Shown piece after piece: positions 27,057-40,135 of a DNA stretch of 64,000 nt; the stretch's first letter is position 1; each line of letters opens with the position of its first letter. A program made the position numbers and the translations under genes. The notes beneath the pieces were generated by a model that saw nothing but the letters and a program-made list of their open reading frames with translations, made no database searches and was not told where the DNA came from. This stretch comes from Octopus sinensis (Eukaryota), in assembly GCF_006345805.1 (NCBI RefSeq), contig NC_043001.1:94860001-94924000 (forward strand), read 5' to 3'.

Positions 27057-28732
27057 ATCACGATCAAGGAACGGCCATAAAAGGCCATTCACCCACTAGA
27101 AATAACAGCCAAAGCTTCAACCGCAAAATAACATTAATTCCGCAAACCAGGAGAAAATTAAAAAACATTTACCCTGTAATTTCTTATACGATGCACCGTT
27201 TCATCTACTGTTTAATGGTAAACTAACCTGATTAAATTAAATCAAGCCAATCTTCCATAGGCCCTTAGATTCGTCAGTAAGAAATAGCCAGATCGGAACA
27301 GATATTTTCACGAGGCATTTCTGTCCCTGCCTCGGCAATATCTGACCAAAAATTTTCAAATCATCGCACTCGCGCCAAATTTATCGGCAGTAAATAAATA
27401 TAAGCCGCCGATTCAATTACGGAATCAACCAGAAAATTCATAATTAATCAATATAGGGTGGCAAAAAAATTTTGTAGAATTTTTTTGCCACCAGCGGCCT
27501 AGTGGGAAAAAATTAAATAGTCATAGACCATTTATAAGTTTAACATCACGATCAAGGAACGGCCATAATAGGCCATTCACCCACTAGAAATAACAGCCAA
27601 AGCTTCAACCGCAAAATAACATTAATTCCGCAAACCAGGAGAAAATTAAAAAACATTTACCCTGTAATTTCTTATACGATGCACCGTTTCATCTACTGTT
27701 TAATGGTAAACTAACCTGATTAAATTAAATCAAGCCAATCTTCCATAGGCCCTTAGATTCGTCAGTAAGAAATAGCCAGATCGGAACAGATATTTTCACG
27801 AGGCATTTCTGTCCCTGCCTCGGCAATATCTGACCTAAAATTTTCAAATCATCGCACTCGCGCCAAATTTATCGGCAGCAAATAAATATAAGCCGCCGAT
27901 TCCATTACGGAATCAACCAGAAAATTCATAATTAATCAATATAGGGTGCCAAAAAAATTTTGTAGAATTTTTTTTTTTTGCCACCAGCGGCCTAGTGGGA
28001 AAAAATTAAATAGTCATAGACCATTTATAAGTTCAACATCACGATCAAGGAACGGCCATAATAGGTCATTCACCCACTAGAAACAACAGCCAAAGCTTCA
28101 ACCGCAAAATAACATTAATTACGCAAACCAGGAGAAAATTAAAAAACATTTACCCTGTAATTTCTTATACGATGCACCGTTTCATCTACTGTTTAATGGT
28201 AAACTAACCTGATTAAATTAAATCAAGCCAATCTTCCATAGGCCCTTAGATTCGTCAGTAAGAAATAGCCAGATCGGAACAGATATTTTCACGAGGCATT
28301 TCTGTCCCTGCCTCGGCAATATCTGACCTAAAATTTTCAAATCATCGCACTCGCGCCAAATTTTTCGGCAGCAAATAAATATAAGCCGCCGATTCCATTA
28401 CGGAATCAACCAGAAAATTCATAATTATTCAATATAGGGTGCCAAAAAAATTTTGTAGAATTTTTTTGCCACCAGCGGCCTAGTGGTTAAAAATTAAATA
28501 GTCATAGACCATTTATAAGTTCAACATCACGATCAAGGAACGGCCATAATAGGCCATTCACCCACTAGAAATAACAGCCAAAGCTTCAACCGCAAAATAA
28601 CATTAATTCCGCAAACCAGGAGAAAATTAAAAAACATTTACCCTGTAATTTCTTATACGATGCACCGTTTCATCTACTGTTTAATGGTAAACTAACCTGA
28701 TTAAATTAAATCAAGCCAATCTTCCATAGGCC
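27057..28732 (+). repeat. Tandem array of ~489-bp unit, 3.4 direct copies
   Basis: Unit starts (ATCACGATCAAGG) at ~27057, 27545, 28038, 28526; few substitutions and homopolymer-length differences between units. Confidence 0.95.
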
Positions 28733-29283
28733 GCTGGTGGCAAAAAAAAAAATTCTACAAAATTTTTTTGCCACCCTATATTGATTAATTATGAATTTTC
28801 TGGTTGATTCCGTAATGGAATCGGCGGCTTATATTTATTTGCTGCCGATAAATTTGGCGCGAGTGCGATGATTTGAAAATTTTAGGTCAGATATTGCCGA
28901 GGCAGGGACAGAAATGCCTCGTGAAAATATCTGTTCCGATCTGGCTATTTCTTACTGACGAATCTAAGGGCCTATGGAAGATCGGCTTGATTTAATTTAA
29001 TCAGGTTAGTTTACCATTAAACAGTAGATGAAACGGTGCATCGTATAAGAAATTACAGGGTAAAAGTTTTTTAATTTTCTCCTGGTTTGCGGAATTAATG
29101 TTATTTTGCGGTTGAAGCTTTGGCTGTTATTTCTAGTGGGTGAATGGCGTATTATGGCCGTTCCTTGATCGTGATGTTGAACTTATAAATGGTCTATGAC
29201 TATTTAATTTTTTCCCACTAGGCCGCTGGTGGCAAAAAAAAAAATTCTACAAAATTTTTTTGTCACCCTATATTGATTAATTA

Positions 29284-29288
<5 letters not shown>
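28727..29288 (-). repeat. Inverted continuation of the same unit (~1.15 copies)
   Basis: Reverse complement of the unit from 28727, joined through shared TAGGCC (28727-28732); second inverted start at 29219. Confidence 0.95.
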
Positions 29289-29354
<66 letters not shown>

Positions 29355-29655
29355 GATGCATATATGCGTGTGTGTGTGTGAGTTTGTATAAGTGTGTGAG
29401 TGTTACTCTGTGTGTATAAGATTGTGTGTGTGCTTATATATACATACAAATTCAGGCAACTAGCCAGCATTGCATCAGGCGATCTCGTTAGACTTTGCTG
29501 GAACAATTTCCAGTTAACCCCATAGATAAAAACTGTGCATGCATAATAGACGTTACCTCCGATCGAATACAGCAAATACATTTATTTTCATTATTTAAAT
29601 CTGTTTTTATTGCATAAAACATATAAACATCTACAAACTTACATAATTACATATA

Positions 29656-30037
29656 CGCAGGCGTGGCTGTGTGGTAAGTAACTTGTTTACCAACCACATG
29701 GTTCCGGGTTCATTCCCAGTGCGTGCCACCTTGGGCAAGTGTCTTCTACTATAGCCTCGGGCTGACCAACGCCTTGTGAGTGGATTTGGTACACGGAAAC
29801 TGAAAGAAGCCCGTCGTATATATGTATATATATGTATGCGTGTATGTGTTTGTGTGTCTGTGTTTGTCCCCCTAGCATTGCTTGACAGCCGATGCTGGTG
29901 TGTTTATGTCCCCGTTACTTAGCGGTTCGGCAAAAGAGACCGATAGAATAAGTACTGGGGTTACAAAAGAATAAGTCCCGGGGTCGATTAAAGGCGGTGC
30001 TCCAGCATGGCCGCAGTCAAATGACTGAAACAAGTAA
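29656..30037 (+). mobile_element. SINE family B, full length (tRNA-like head, CORE-like ACCTTGGGCAAGT, internal microsatellite)
   Basis: TGGCTGTGTGG A box, GGTTCATTCC B-box-like, CORE-like motif; ends ATGACTGAAACAAGTAA. Confidence 0.9.
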
Positions 30038-30174
30038 TAGTGTTATATATGTGTATGTATCTGTGTGAGAGAGAGAGGGGGAGAGACAGTGTGCATGTAT
30101 GTGTGTATACATTAATTCTAGCAGCGATACCCTGATTATATTAACGTTATCTACCATCAATGTCTAGGAAATGC

Positions 30175-30400
30175 TTACTCTTTACCCTTTTACTTGTTTC
30201 AGTCATTTGAATGCGGCCATGCTGAAGCACCGCCGTTAGTCGAGCAAATCGACCCCGGGACTTATTCTTTGTTAGCCCAGTACTTATTCTATCGCCGAAT
30301 AAGTCTCTTTTGCCGAACCGCTAAGTGACGGGGACGTAAACACACCAGCATCGGTTGTCAAGCAATGCTAGAGGGACAAACACAGACACTCAAACATGCA

Positions 30401-30457
<57 letters not shown>

Positions 30458-30600
30458 CGACAGGCTTCTTTCAGTTTCCGTTTACGAAATTCACTCATAA
30501 GGCATTGGTCGGCCTGAGGCTATAGCAGAAGACACTAGCCCATGATGCCACGCAGTGGGACTGAACCCGGAACTACTTACCACACAGCCACTCCTGCGCC
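30175..30600 (-). mobile_element. SINE family B, full length (small internal deletion in head)
   Basis: Reverse complement of 29656 copy along its length. Confidence 0.9.
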
Positions 30601-33029
30601 ATTATGTGATTATAAACTTAAAGATGGCGACATATTGTTCGTCAGAAAGACTTAAGAGTGTTAACGCTGAATTACCGGCAGTTGGATTAAAAATGTACTT
30701 CATCGATAAAAAACATTATCCCCATTCTCAACGAACAGAAGAATAACCATACCCCCTACGCCAGCACCACCTGTAACTTCAAGATGTGTGTCATGAGCAA
30801 TGAAAGCTTTGATATTTCATGCGACAACACTACCATAAGAAAGATTAACAATAACATAAGCAAAGACAATGACATTTCTCTGTTATTTAATGGGCAAAAT
30901 TTCTCTGACACTTTAAACAACAGGAAGAGCTAGCGTAATAACGCGAGAATTGACAAGGAAATAAAACCGATTGAAATGAAAAGCAAAATTATATCAGTAC
31001 GTTGAAGAAACTACCAAAATCATCGTTGCTTTCTCCGCCATGCCGGAGACTATCTATAATCTATTCACTGAACTTTTTCACTAAGTAATTATACCTCTAT
31101 ACCTCGGACAAAAAAATGAAATGAATAAATTAGTAATTTATAAAGCTGTTACTATCGGATTTCCTGTGATTTACAGTAACATCAGAATCAGCAGCGTCAA
31201 ATATAATCTCCACTGATAACAAGAGCAATATAAATATTATGATATACGAGCGTCTGGTAATGACAAAAGTATTGTAGATAACATTGTTCCCGATTTAAAT
31301 CAATGCTATAGGGGGGTGAGAGGATTAACTGCAACCAAGAAAACGGGATTTCATATTCCTTGATCAAAAATGCTTAAGAAATAAGTGTTAGTATATTCAC
31401 GTTTTAAGGCGTACTACGCAATATAAAGTAAAAGAAATAAGACATCACAAAAACGCTTTGAATAGGCTTTTCGTTGTGGTAAACAGAAGGAAATGTATGC
31501 TCATGTTATATACATGGTCATAGATTGCTGAATGAAATTGAGGTAGGTGCCCCACAATAATATAGCAAAGAACAGATGGCAGCTATGCATTTGTAGAGAG
31601 ATATGCTAGTGTATCAAATGGCACAGAGAAAAATTGGTAGTGACTGAAAGGAGAAATAATTATCAATGTATAACCAGAAAACCTGGACGAGATTATTTTG
31701 TTAATACAAATTCGAATATGTACACAGGTGCACATAATTTTGATAATTGTCTAAGTAACAAACGATTAGTAAAGCTACGTATCAGAGAGCATTCTTCTCA
31801 CAATATGTTTCACATAAAGGAAAAAATATGCATCTGCAACCCAACTAAGCACACTAAAATCTTGAAGACGATATAGGCGAAACCAAAGTCTCACAGAAGG
31901 CAACAGCAGTGACACGAAATGCATTTGATATGCATCACGTGCAACGGCTCTCGCATTAAAATATTAGCATAGTCATTAATCTGACACAACACCAAAAGTC
32001 TAACAAGAACTGTGACAAAAGCTACAGCCACAAAGGAAGGCGAAGCTGTGGAAATAACAAGAGATGGCAACGTCACTGGGCAGAAAAAAATTATAAAAAT
32101 TTATTGAAGACACACGTCCTTCTGTAGGCGTTAATATAAAATTCTTATATTGAGAAACATTTCGTTCTCTTCCTCTGAACCAGCCATCGGGTGGTTTGAT
32201 ATATCATTATCTGACGATTGTAAGCGGAGCATATAATTGGAGATAGATAAATAAATAAATAAATAAATACTTAAATTTTCCCCCAAGCAATCTTTGGCAG
32301 ATATATACTCACTCTGAATTTTAACAATTAGTTTCATACATGGAAACGTGGGATCGACTTCAAATCTTCAGCAGAAACAGTACATACAGATATCTACTGA
32401 AACAAGCTCGGAATATTACCATTCATGCGGTAGAACGAGGTGAGAAGTTTTATTCGCTGTTTAAAATTTTAGCTTATTGAATGTGCAGGAAACAGTTATT
32501 ACGAAACCAAATGAGCCTTTCATTATGGGATGATAAATTCAACGTAAACAGAAATTATAAGACATTTACAAAAAAGTAGCATTATGCCACATATGCGATC
32601 AATCATGAAGTAATCGATATTTCACTGAACAATTTCAAATCCATTAATTCTCAAAGTCTATTAATTCTCATTTGCGTATGCGTATGTAGTTATGTATACC
32701 TCCTTTATGTGCAGCTGTCCGGTCTTTATACAGTGCTATCTTATTCAAACATTAGTTGTTAATTTGAAATGCTTTGTCAATTTGCCTTATTTTCGAATTT
32801 TGTTATTTACCTTGCATCAATCACCAAAAAAAGTTCGGCTACAATAGATATCAAGCAGAGATATTTGTGAACATTCTGCGTATTGAGAAACACACACACA
32901 CACATACGTCTATCAATGTATTTTGTTTTACACAGACAAGCAAAACATCATATTTGTACACATATATGCCTATGAAAATGAAAATGTACACAAGGAGACA
33001 CATGCATTTATATGCATATGTATGCTGTG

Positions 33030-33180
33030 TATTTGTATATATATATATATATATATATATTCACATATAAGCATGTATATATATATATATATATATGTAT
33101 ATATGTGTGTGTGTGTGTGTGTGTGTGGTTATATATATATACATATATATATACATGCATATATATATATTTATTTATTT
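33030..33180. repeat. (AT)n(GT)n microsatellite cluster
   Basis: Direct reading. Confidence 0.9.
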
Positions 33181-33721
33181 ATACAGGCACACACATTATA
33201 TGTTTGTAAATGAATGTGTGTGTCTAATCATGCCATTGATGCATGCAAATATAATCAATTAAAACTTATTTGATTAATAAAAATTACGAATTATTTAATC
33301 CTGTAATATTTACATTTCATGTATGTGTAGGCAACTTGAGAATAAATTAATGATGGAGTAGAATTCCTGAACTCTAAGATCTCTGACAAATAATATTATC
33401 GTTTCAGAGGAGGATGTCTTGACATAGAGATAGCAATAGAAACAGGTGAGTCAATATAAAAATCCTACTGTATTAACATGGATATATAATTTATCATCGC
33501 ATTTTGGAAACCTTTTAAATAATGATGCTGCAAAAGCGGTGCGTCGAGATAATGTCGGTATGTAGGCGCATATTCATGGAAATGAAGAAACAATGTATGC
33601 GTATACATCATACATGCATGAATGATGTATATATGCATTCTTACATTTATCTGTGTTTGTGTTTGTATATTCATTCATATATATATATATATATATATAT
33701 ACATGCATATATATATATATA

Positions 33722-34108
33722 CTAGCAGTATCGCCCGGCGTTGCTCGGGTTTGTAAGGGAAATAACTATAAAGCACTTTTAGAGAGTTATAGCCAAAAAA
33801 TAGCAAAAAAAAATGGGAAAAAAATTATGGTAAATTTTTTTTTGATAGTTAAAAAGGCCGAGTTGCGTCCCCTACACCATCTGCGGTTTGTGTTTCTGAT
33901 TGTCGACCCCATGTCGAATTTATCGATCTTTTTCTGAACTGGGGGAACTTTTCAAAATTTTCGCTGCGTTAGTTTTGAATTATGACATTGGGCTATGTGT
34001 GTGTCAAGTTTCATCAGAATCGGTTGAAAGCCGTGGTCAGAGTGAGGGTACAAACAAACAGACACACAGAAACACGCACAGACAAACTGCCATTTATATA
34101 GAGAGAGA
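33722..34108 (-). mobile_element. Non-autonomous Helitron, complete
   Basis: Minus strand: A|TCTCTCTC 5' end; 3' hairpin CCCGAGCAACGCCGGG, 8 nt, CTAG|T; inserted in an AT dinucleotide with no TSD. Confidence 0.85.
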
Positions 34109-34236
34109 TATTTAAATTTTATATAACAACGCAGAAAAATTGAATACTAATCAAATTAATATCAATTTAAAACTAATTGCCTAGCATATAAAAATATTCT
34201 GAAGATTCAGAAAAATATATTATATACATATAAGAT

Positions 34237-34363
34237 GATGACCACTAAGTGGACATCCATTATGCTAGAATTCGCCCCACTACGGTTTTGCCACATTCCT
34301 TTCTTAGATGTAAAACCATAGGGGTCGATTTCTAGCATAATGGATGTCAACTTTGTAGGCATC
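34237..34363. mobile_element. Small MITE-like inverted repeat
   Basis: Perfect 19-bp arms GACATCCATTATGCTAGAA (34252-34270) / TTCTAGCATAATGGATGTC (34330-34348), with imperfect extension on both sides. Confidence 0.6.
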
Positions 34364-34377
34364 CCGCTTATATGTAT

Positions 34378-34388
34378 GTATATATATA

Positions 34389-34439
<51 letters not shown>

Positions 34440-34592
34440 ATATATATATTAATAATAAATGGGTAAAACTAATTAATTATTAATTAATATTACCAAGTAG
34501 TGTTCAGTATGTAAAAAGACCATTTACGGTATATTTAAAACATTACGTTATATAATTAGGTTTAAATTATTTTACTGAACCCTAATTATATA

Positions 34593-34669
<77 letters not shown>

Positions 34670-34694
34670 CATTGCTTCTTTGAGGACATTTTCA

Positions 34695-34748
<54 letters not shown>
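34378..34748. repeat. Interrupted (AT)n microsatellite cluster
   Basis: Direct reading. Confidence 0.9.
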
Positions 34749-34749
<1 letters not shown>

Positions 34750-35761
34750 TCAAAACACGCTCAGACGAAATTCACTAGCACACATAGAAACAGGCTCCCT
34801 AGAGAGAAAATAATACTTATCAGGAGTATCAAAAACTTAATTAAAAAGTCAATCAATTAAAATATTACCACGTAGAATATCTAGATTCAACAACAATGAA
34901 AGTGCTGGAGTTGGAAAGAATAGTATCTGCAGATCAACATAAAAACCTGCATTGAAAATCAAATAGCTGCAGAGGAACAGTGGTTAACATAAAAGAGACA
35001 CAAAAGTGTTCTATGCAGACACAAATCAGCATAGGAACGCAGTTTAATCAAGCAGTTTAAGTTAGTTGTTTTCTCTGCTGGAGACTTAAAAGCATGCCTT
35101 TCTTCAAATTTCCTTTAACACGTGGCGATGGAGAAAATACATGCGTATATATAAAATGAGATTTTAGTTAAACTTTGTAAGCCTCTTACCTTCACTGCTT
35201 CTTCGTCTCATTTTTTTTTACTTCTAGCTATTAGATATTTCTGGTTTCTTAGTGTGTGAATGTATTTATTTTAATGCTGGTAGCAGCAATCAACATGCTT
35301 AAGTTGTCGTTTCAGTTTGAGATAAATCAGTGGGCTGGTGAAATCCTTATTACTCCAGACAAGATTCTTGGCGACATTCCTTCTGGCCCTTCACGTTTTT
35401 AGTTCAAATACCACCGAAAGCAACCTACTCAGACTTCTTGTTCCTGTGTGAAGTTCAGCACTTGGATAGCTACATGAATCTGCGTGGAAGAGGAGAGGTA
35501 TTAACTGGTCACTAAGTTGGAGGTCTACCTAGTATCTGCATTGCTTATGCTACTGTATATACATAGATATGCATGTTGGTGTACGTTGTAAGTTTGCTTT
35601 AAAATAATTTTCATCGTTGCTACGCTTTTCAAAATAATATTACTCTGTTTGAGGAGATACTAAAGAATGATATTATCATTTTATGGCCCAAAGCTAGCGA
35701 TTTTAAGGGACATGTTTACGTCTATATCATCGACCAAAGTACTTGATTGGTTTTTGTTTCT

Positions 35762-35863
35762 TAGACCACGGAATGTGAAATCAACTTTGGCGGAATTCAC
35801 ACTCAGAACGCAAAATCTGAAAATGTTCTCTTTGTGGTAACGATTCTAGCAGCTCATCGCCTT
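35762..35863 (-). mobile_element. SINE family A, head remnant
   Basis: GGCGGAATT..ACTCAGAACG reverse complement of B-box region. Confidence 0.5.
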
Positions 35864-36239
35864 CAAGATTACTGAATGATATTGCCCATAAAATGTTTCA
35901 TCATTTGTGCGTCCTTTTAACTTGCTTTTTGCGAAGATGATAATATACTTTCATCACCAGAAATTAATTTCCCCAGAATAATCTGTATTACTGTCAATGG
36001 CAATACATGTTTGAAATGTTCGTTTATTTTAAAGTAAATTTCTTTTATTTATTTTGCATCTGCTTTTTGTTGTCTCTTGTAAAACAATGTTTGTGTCTAA
36101 TGTTTGCTTTTCCTTATTTTTCGAATAATTTTAAGCTAACGTTTGATTTTCGTTAACTAATTAATTGATCATTCGTATTAATTGTGTACTGTGACGTTTG
36201 CAACTTGTTTTCGCATAGCTAATGTAATATGCTGTTCGT

Positions 36240-37500
36240 GTGCGGTTACATCTGCCAGAAAAGCATTATTTCAGCATATTCTATTGAACCATTGTTTTCC
36301 TCTATGAGGAAACTGAGGTACTGGTATTCGTTATCTTTGATTCTACTATCGTCAGCTCCCGTAATACTTCTACGTAATCTGCATTATTTCTCTCATTTAT
36401 GGGGTGTATGTATCCCTATGCTTCCCTGCCACACATCAGAGGTGCTCCTATCGCTCACAATTCCTAGTTTAGTTATTCCCGCTGGTGCTGCTATTCTTTT
36501 ATTTGCATCCTGTTGAGCTTGAGGCAACTGTTTATTTTAGGGATCCTTTTTATACCGCATATTTTGTGCATTTATATCAAAGATTTTTTTCTGCACTTAG
36601 TCGTGGTAATCATTGGTTGCTGTGAATCTGTATTAGTATTTCAAGTTGTGTGTCTGTTTTAAAGAATTAGTGTAGAGATATATGGATCAATAATGTTTGG
36701 GTATCTCTGTTACTCGCAGGTAAATTGATGTTGGTGTTTCATCCAAGATATATTTGGTGAAGAACTGCTGGTTCCTATATTGTTTTGTATTAAATTTTAA
36801 TATTCACATAGGCACTCAAGGAGGAATATCTTCACATCTTGTATAGTGAAATTTCTTTTATATTTTCCCGTATTTAAGAGTATAGTTTACCTTAATGTTT
36901 CATTTTAATGCCTTTGAGTTTTAGTTTACTTATGAACTGATAGTGTTTGCGTACAGTTTGCAAGAGATATAATATTTTACGAACTAATGTAACCGAGTTG
37001 GTATTCTTTGCTTAGACAACATACAGTTTGCATTATTTGTCTGCTAAATTAGCTAAGTCTTGGAAACATTTTATTTTGTATTTGTTTTCCAAAACATTCG
37101 ATCTCAAGTCGTATCGTATAAAAATTCTTCTACACAGATGGACCGCATGTCGTTTGTCTAATTCACATATTTTCCTTTTATCTAAACATAAACATCGTTA
37201 ATACCAGTGTTCTGTAGTCTTCCCAGTATGTTGTGTTATTTCCTTTAAATACTTTTTGTTCTTTCACATATTCCCGTATGCCATTTCACCATAGTAGTAG
37301 TTTTGAATGCTAAAGATTATTTATTCTTATCAACTTGCTTTATTTTTCTGATTGACATATTACTACAAGTCCTTGAGTACTGGAAGACTGTAGTTATTTT
37401 GGGATTTATTTCATACTTTTCTTTGAGTTATATTGTCTCTGGGATTTCGATATGGACTGTTGTGATCCAATACTTTGTTCCACTAAGACGTGCCAACAGT
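36240..37500 (-). mobile_element. Heavily decayed LINE reverse transcriptase
   Basis: Scattered minus-strand peptides HNILGRLQNTGINDVYV (H..LW..L...GI-like) and YQYLSFLIEENNG (FKYLGS-like). Confidence 0.4.
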
Positions 37501-39369
37501 AAACGTCTGGTTGATCTTTACGTAGCAATACAAAAACACAGCCTCCATAAAACAAATCACCAAAAATACTAAACAAATCCTAATTACCCATGCCACAATT
37601 TTACAAAACAAGCATAACATAATACATACACACATGCCTCTGATTAGTACACAACACTAGACCAAAGAAATCAGAAGCAAAACGGCAAAAGCCACAACAG
37701 CTTAATTAATCGCATACCTCGAGAATACAGCTACGATGACTCAAAAACATTTAAAATAACACACATAATCGCGCAAAAAAGAAGCTCTTCCAGTATTTGA
37801 GATTCAAATATTCTCATAGAATGGAAGACTCGCTCAGAAATATTCACAAAAACTGTATTAAGATTTACATGCACAATCATCGATATTGTACAGAAGAGAC
37901 AGAATGCCCGGTATTTCACAGGGAAAGTGGTGTAGACGTGTAAATGTTTTCAGGCCATATGAGCACCTAGATTTGTAGGTCATGCGAAAACCTAGACGCC
38001 ATCGCCACCTACTGAACGGTGTCAGATTTGAAACGTATTTTCAATAGCTACGAAGAGCACAAATCCGTGAGACAAGTGCAAAGAAGAATTGGAATTGATA
38101 TGATACGGTCCTTAATCAAACCGGAAGAGTAAAGTTACCTCAAAAGTGGTTGTGGATTGATTTGTACCAGCCTCAACAAGTTTTCCTATCACCATCCATT
38201 TCTTTTATCTAGTGGAGGATAGGAAAACTATCATCTATGCAAGCTTCGATTTCTTTGCATTTGCTGAACGGTTTATTGGTTGGTAAGTCAACCTTCTCTA
38301 TCTATCACCACACACACGCACACACACACACACACACACACACCACACACACACACATATATATATATATAAAGAAAGAGAGAGATTAAAATTACATGTA
38401 CTAATAATTTTATTTTCATCCGTGTTCCTAATAATCTTCACTAAGTTAAGCACAAAGCCTGGAATATTGAGGGAATAAGGTAAACGATTATATCGAACCC
38501 AGAGTATGAAATGCAAAGTCACTCTCAGCAAAATTTTTAACTAGGAACATAAAACCGCTGGAAATGCCAATCAGCATTGTCCGCTTAGCTAAAGGTTTTG
38601 CTACTTCACCGACTTATCAATTTTTCTAACATTCTTCCTAAATTCCGACACAGGCTAACAATGTAGGAGACTAGTTGATTACACCGGCCACATTGCGCAA
38701 GGGATGCATATTTTGTCGGCAGCGAAATGATGAAAAGCAATGTCGACCTCGGCTGAATTTAACTTAGAACGTAAAGATGGACGAAGCTCTGCCCACCATC
38801 CTTCCATGTGTGGCAACAGATCTGCTTGTAATTCTTTACAAGCATTGGAATTACTAAATCTTCCTAGTAATTCTTCTACCATAGGACAAGACCTGATATT
38901 AAGGGAGAAGTCCAAGTCAATCATATCAACCTCTGTTCTTTACTGGTACTCCCTTTTTGAACTACGTGAGGATGATGGTAACGTTGACGTTTACGGAATT
39001 GGAAACGAGGATGTAAAGCTGGATGAATCACTTTGTCCGGCATCCAAAATATTCTGCCAACTCGCTACGTTAAATGTTACTGGAATGCAATGCAATCATT
39101 GGACGTTTGAGAGGGTTCTTACATGACTTTTATGCTGGATTATAATAGAAAGACTTTTTCTCATAAAATATTTAAACGATATCAAAAAAAAATGTTTGTG
39201 GTATCGATTTCATACGAATGCATCTCTTCATACGAATGCATCTCTTCAATGTGAATATATGACTAAGATCATGTTACTATAGCCCATGGAAAGATACAAA
39301 TAATTCACGTTTCCAAGGTTATAATTCCCCTTATAACACTAAAAGTTATATGTCTATATTTATTTTATC

Positions 39370-39478
39370 TCACGCAATCACACACACGCACACACATACA
39401 TACACACACACACATTCACACACTCACACGCATACACACACGCACACACAGATATATACACACAGACACAAATACGCA

Positions 39479-39548
<70 letters not shown>

Positions 39549-39550
39549 TA
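39370..39550. repeat. (CA)n(AT)n microsatellite
   Basis: Direct reading. Confidence 0.9.
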
Positions 39551-39554
39551 CAAA

Positions 39555-39740
39555 GTGAAGACCCCCTTCTTTCATGAATGGCCATGGAATTGCCTCTGGA
39601 AAGTTACCCTCTGGGGACGAGGTTGTTTATGGAAGACCAACACTCAGTCACTGAGTGTTTAATAACCTCCTTTCTTCACGCCACTAAGTACAGTTGCTCA
39701 AGAACTGGATTACTCGGTCCTGTAATCCAGTTCCCTCTCT
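39555..39740 (+). mobile_element. Interspersed repeat fragment, possibly an RTE 5' region
   Basis: GAAGACCCCC...AAAGTTACCCTC...GGTTGTTTATGGAAGACC; recalled as an octopus repeat, not verified. Confidence 0.35.
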
Positions 39741-39829
39741 CCTGACTAATTCGACGACGTAACTACTGAGTCATGCGCCTTCACATGCAAAACGCACCCC
39801 GTCCAATGGACAGTGCTGAGTTGTCAAAT

Positions 39830-40135
39830 ATTTAAATCAAATTTTCTGACCTTATCCGACCTTTCCATAGGCCTCGACTTTGAGAAATACTAATTTAACC
39901 TAAATTTGAGACACCAACAAAAGAAGAAATGAAGATAGATTTTTTTTCTATTCCAAGAAAAACGATTTTACAAATGTACGTTCCCACGGCTTTATCAATC
40001 GCATTCTCACCTGGAAATGATTTGATATGTCGGTATCTACATATCAAATTTGAGCGCAATCGGATGGAGGATGCCGAGATCCTAGACTACACACAGACAG
40101 ACATGCAGAACGGATATTATATATATTTACATATA
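39830..40135 (-). mobile_element. Non-autonomous Helitron-like fragment
   Basis: CAAATTTGAGCGCAATCGGATG...CACACAGACAGAC block, parallel to 34006-34085 of the complete copy. Confidence 0.55.

Noticed and set aside
27057-29288. Array as CRISPR or as tandem RNA genes
   Set aside because: Whole ~489-bp units repeat with no unique spacers, there are no cas genes, and I recognise no rRNA, snRNA or tRNA sequence.
26530-33420. Ubiquitin-like LRGG in the spliced micro-exon peptide
   Set aside because: A four-residue coincidence across a hypothetical junction, with no other ubiquitin similarity.
38010-38282. Mariner N-terminal relic, or a 70-nt exon at 38213-38282
   Set aside because: Both readings are weak and conflict; similarity is limited to a few residues, and joining the exon to the next candidate acceptor (40404) creates a stop.
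38820-38880. LRR motif LQALELLNLPSN in the + ORF
   Set aside because: A single LxxLxxLxLxxN match with no neighbouring repeats is not enough to call an LRR protein.
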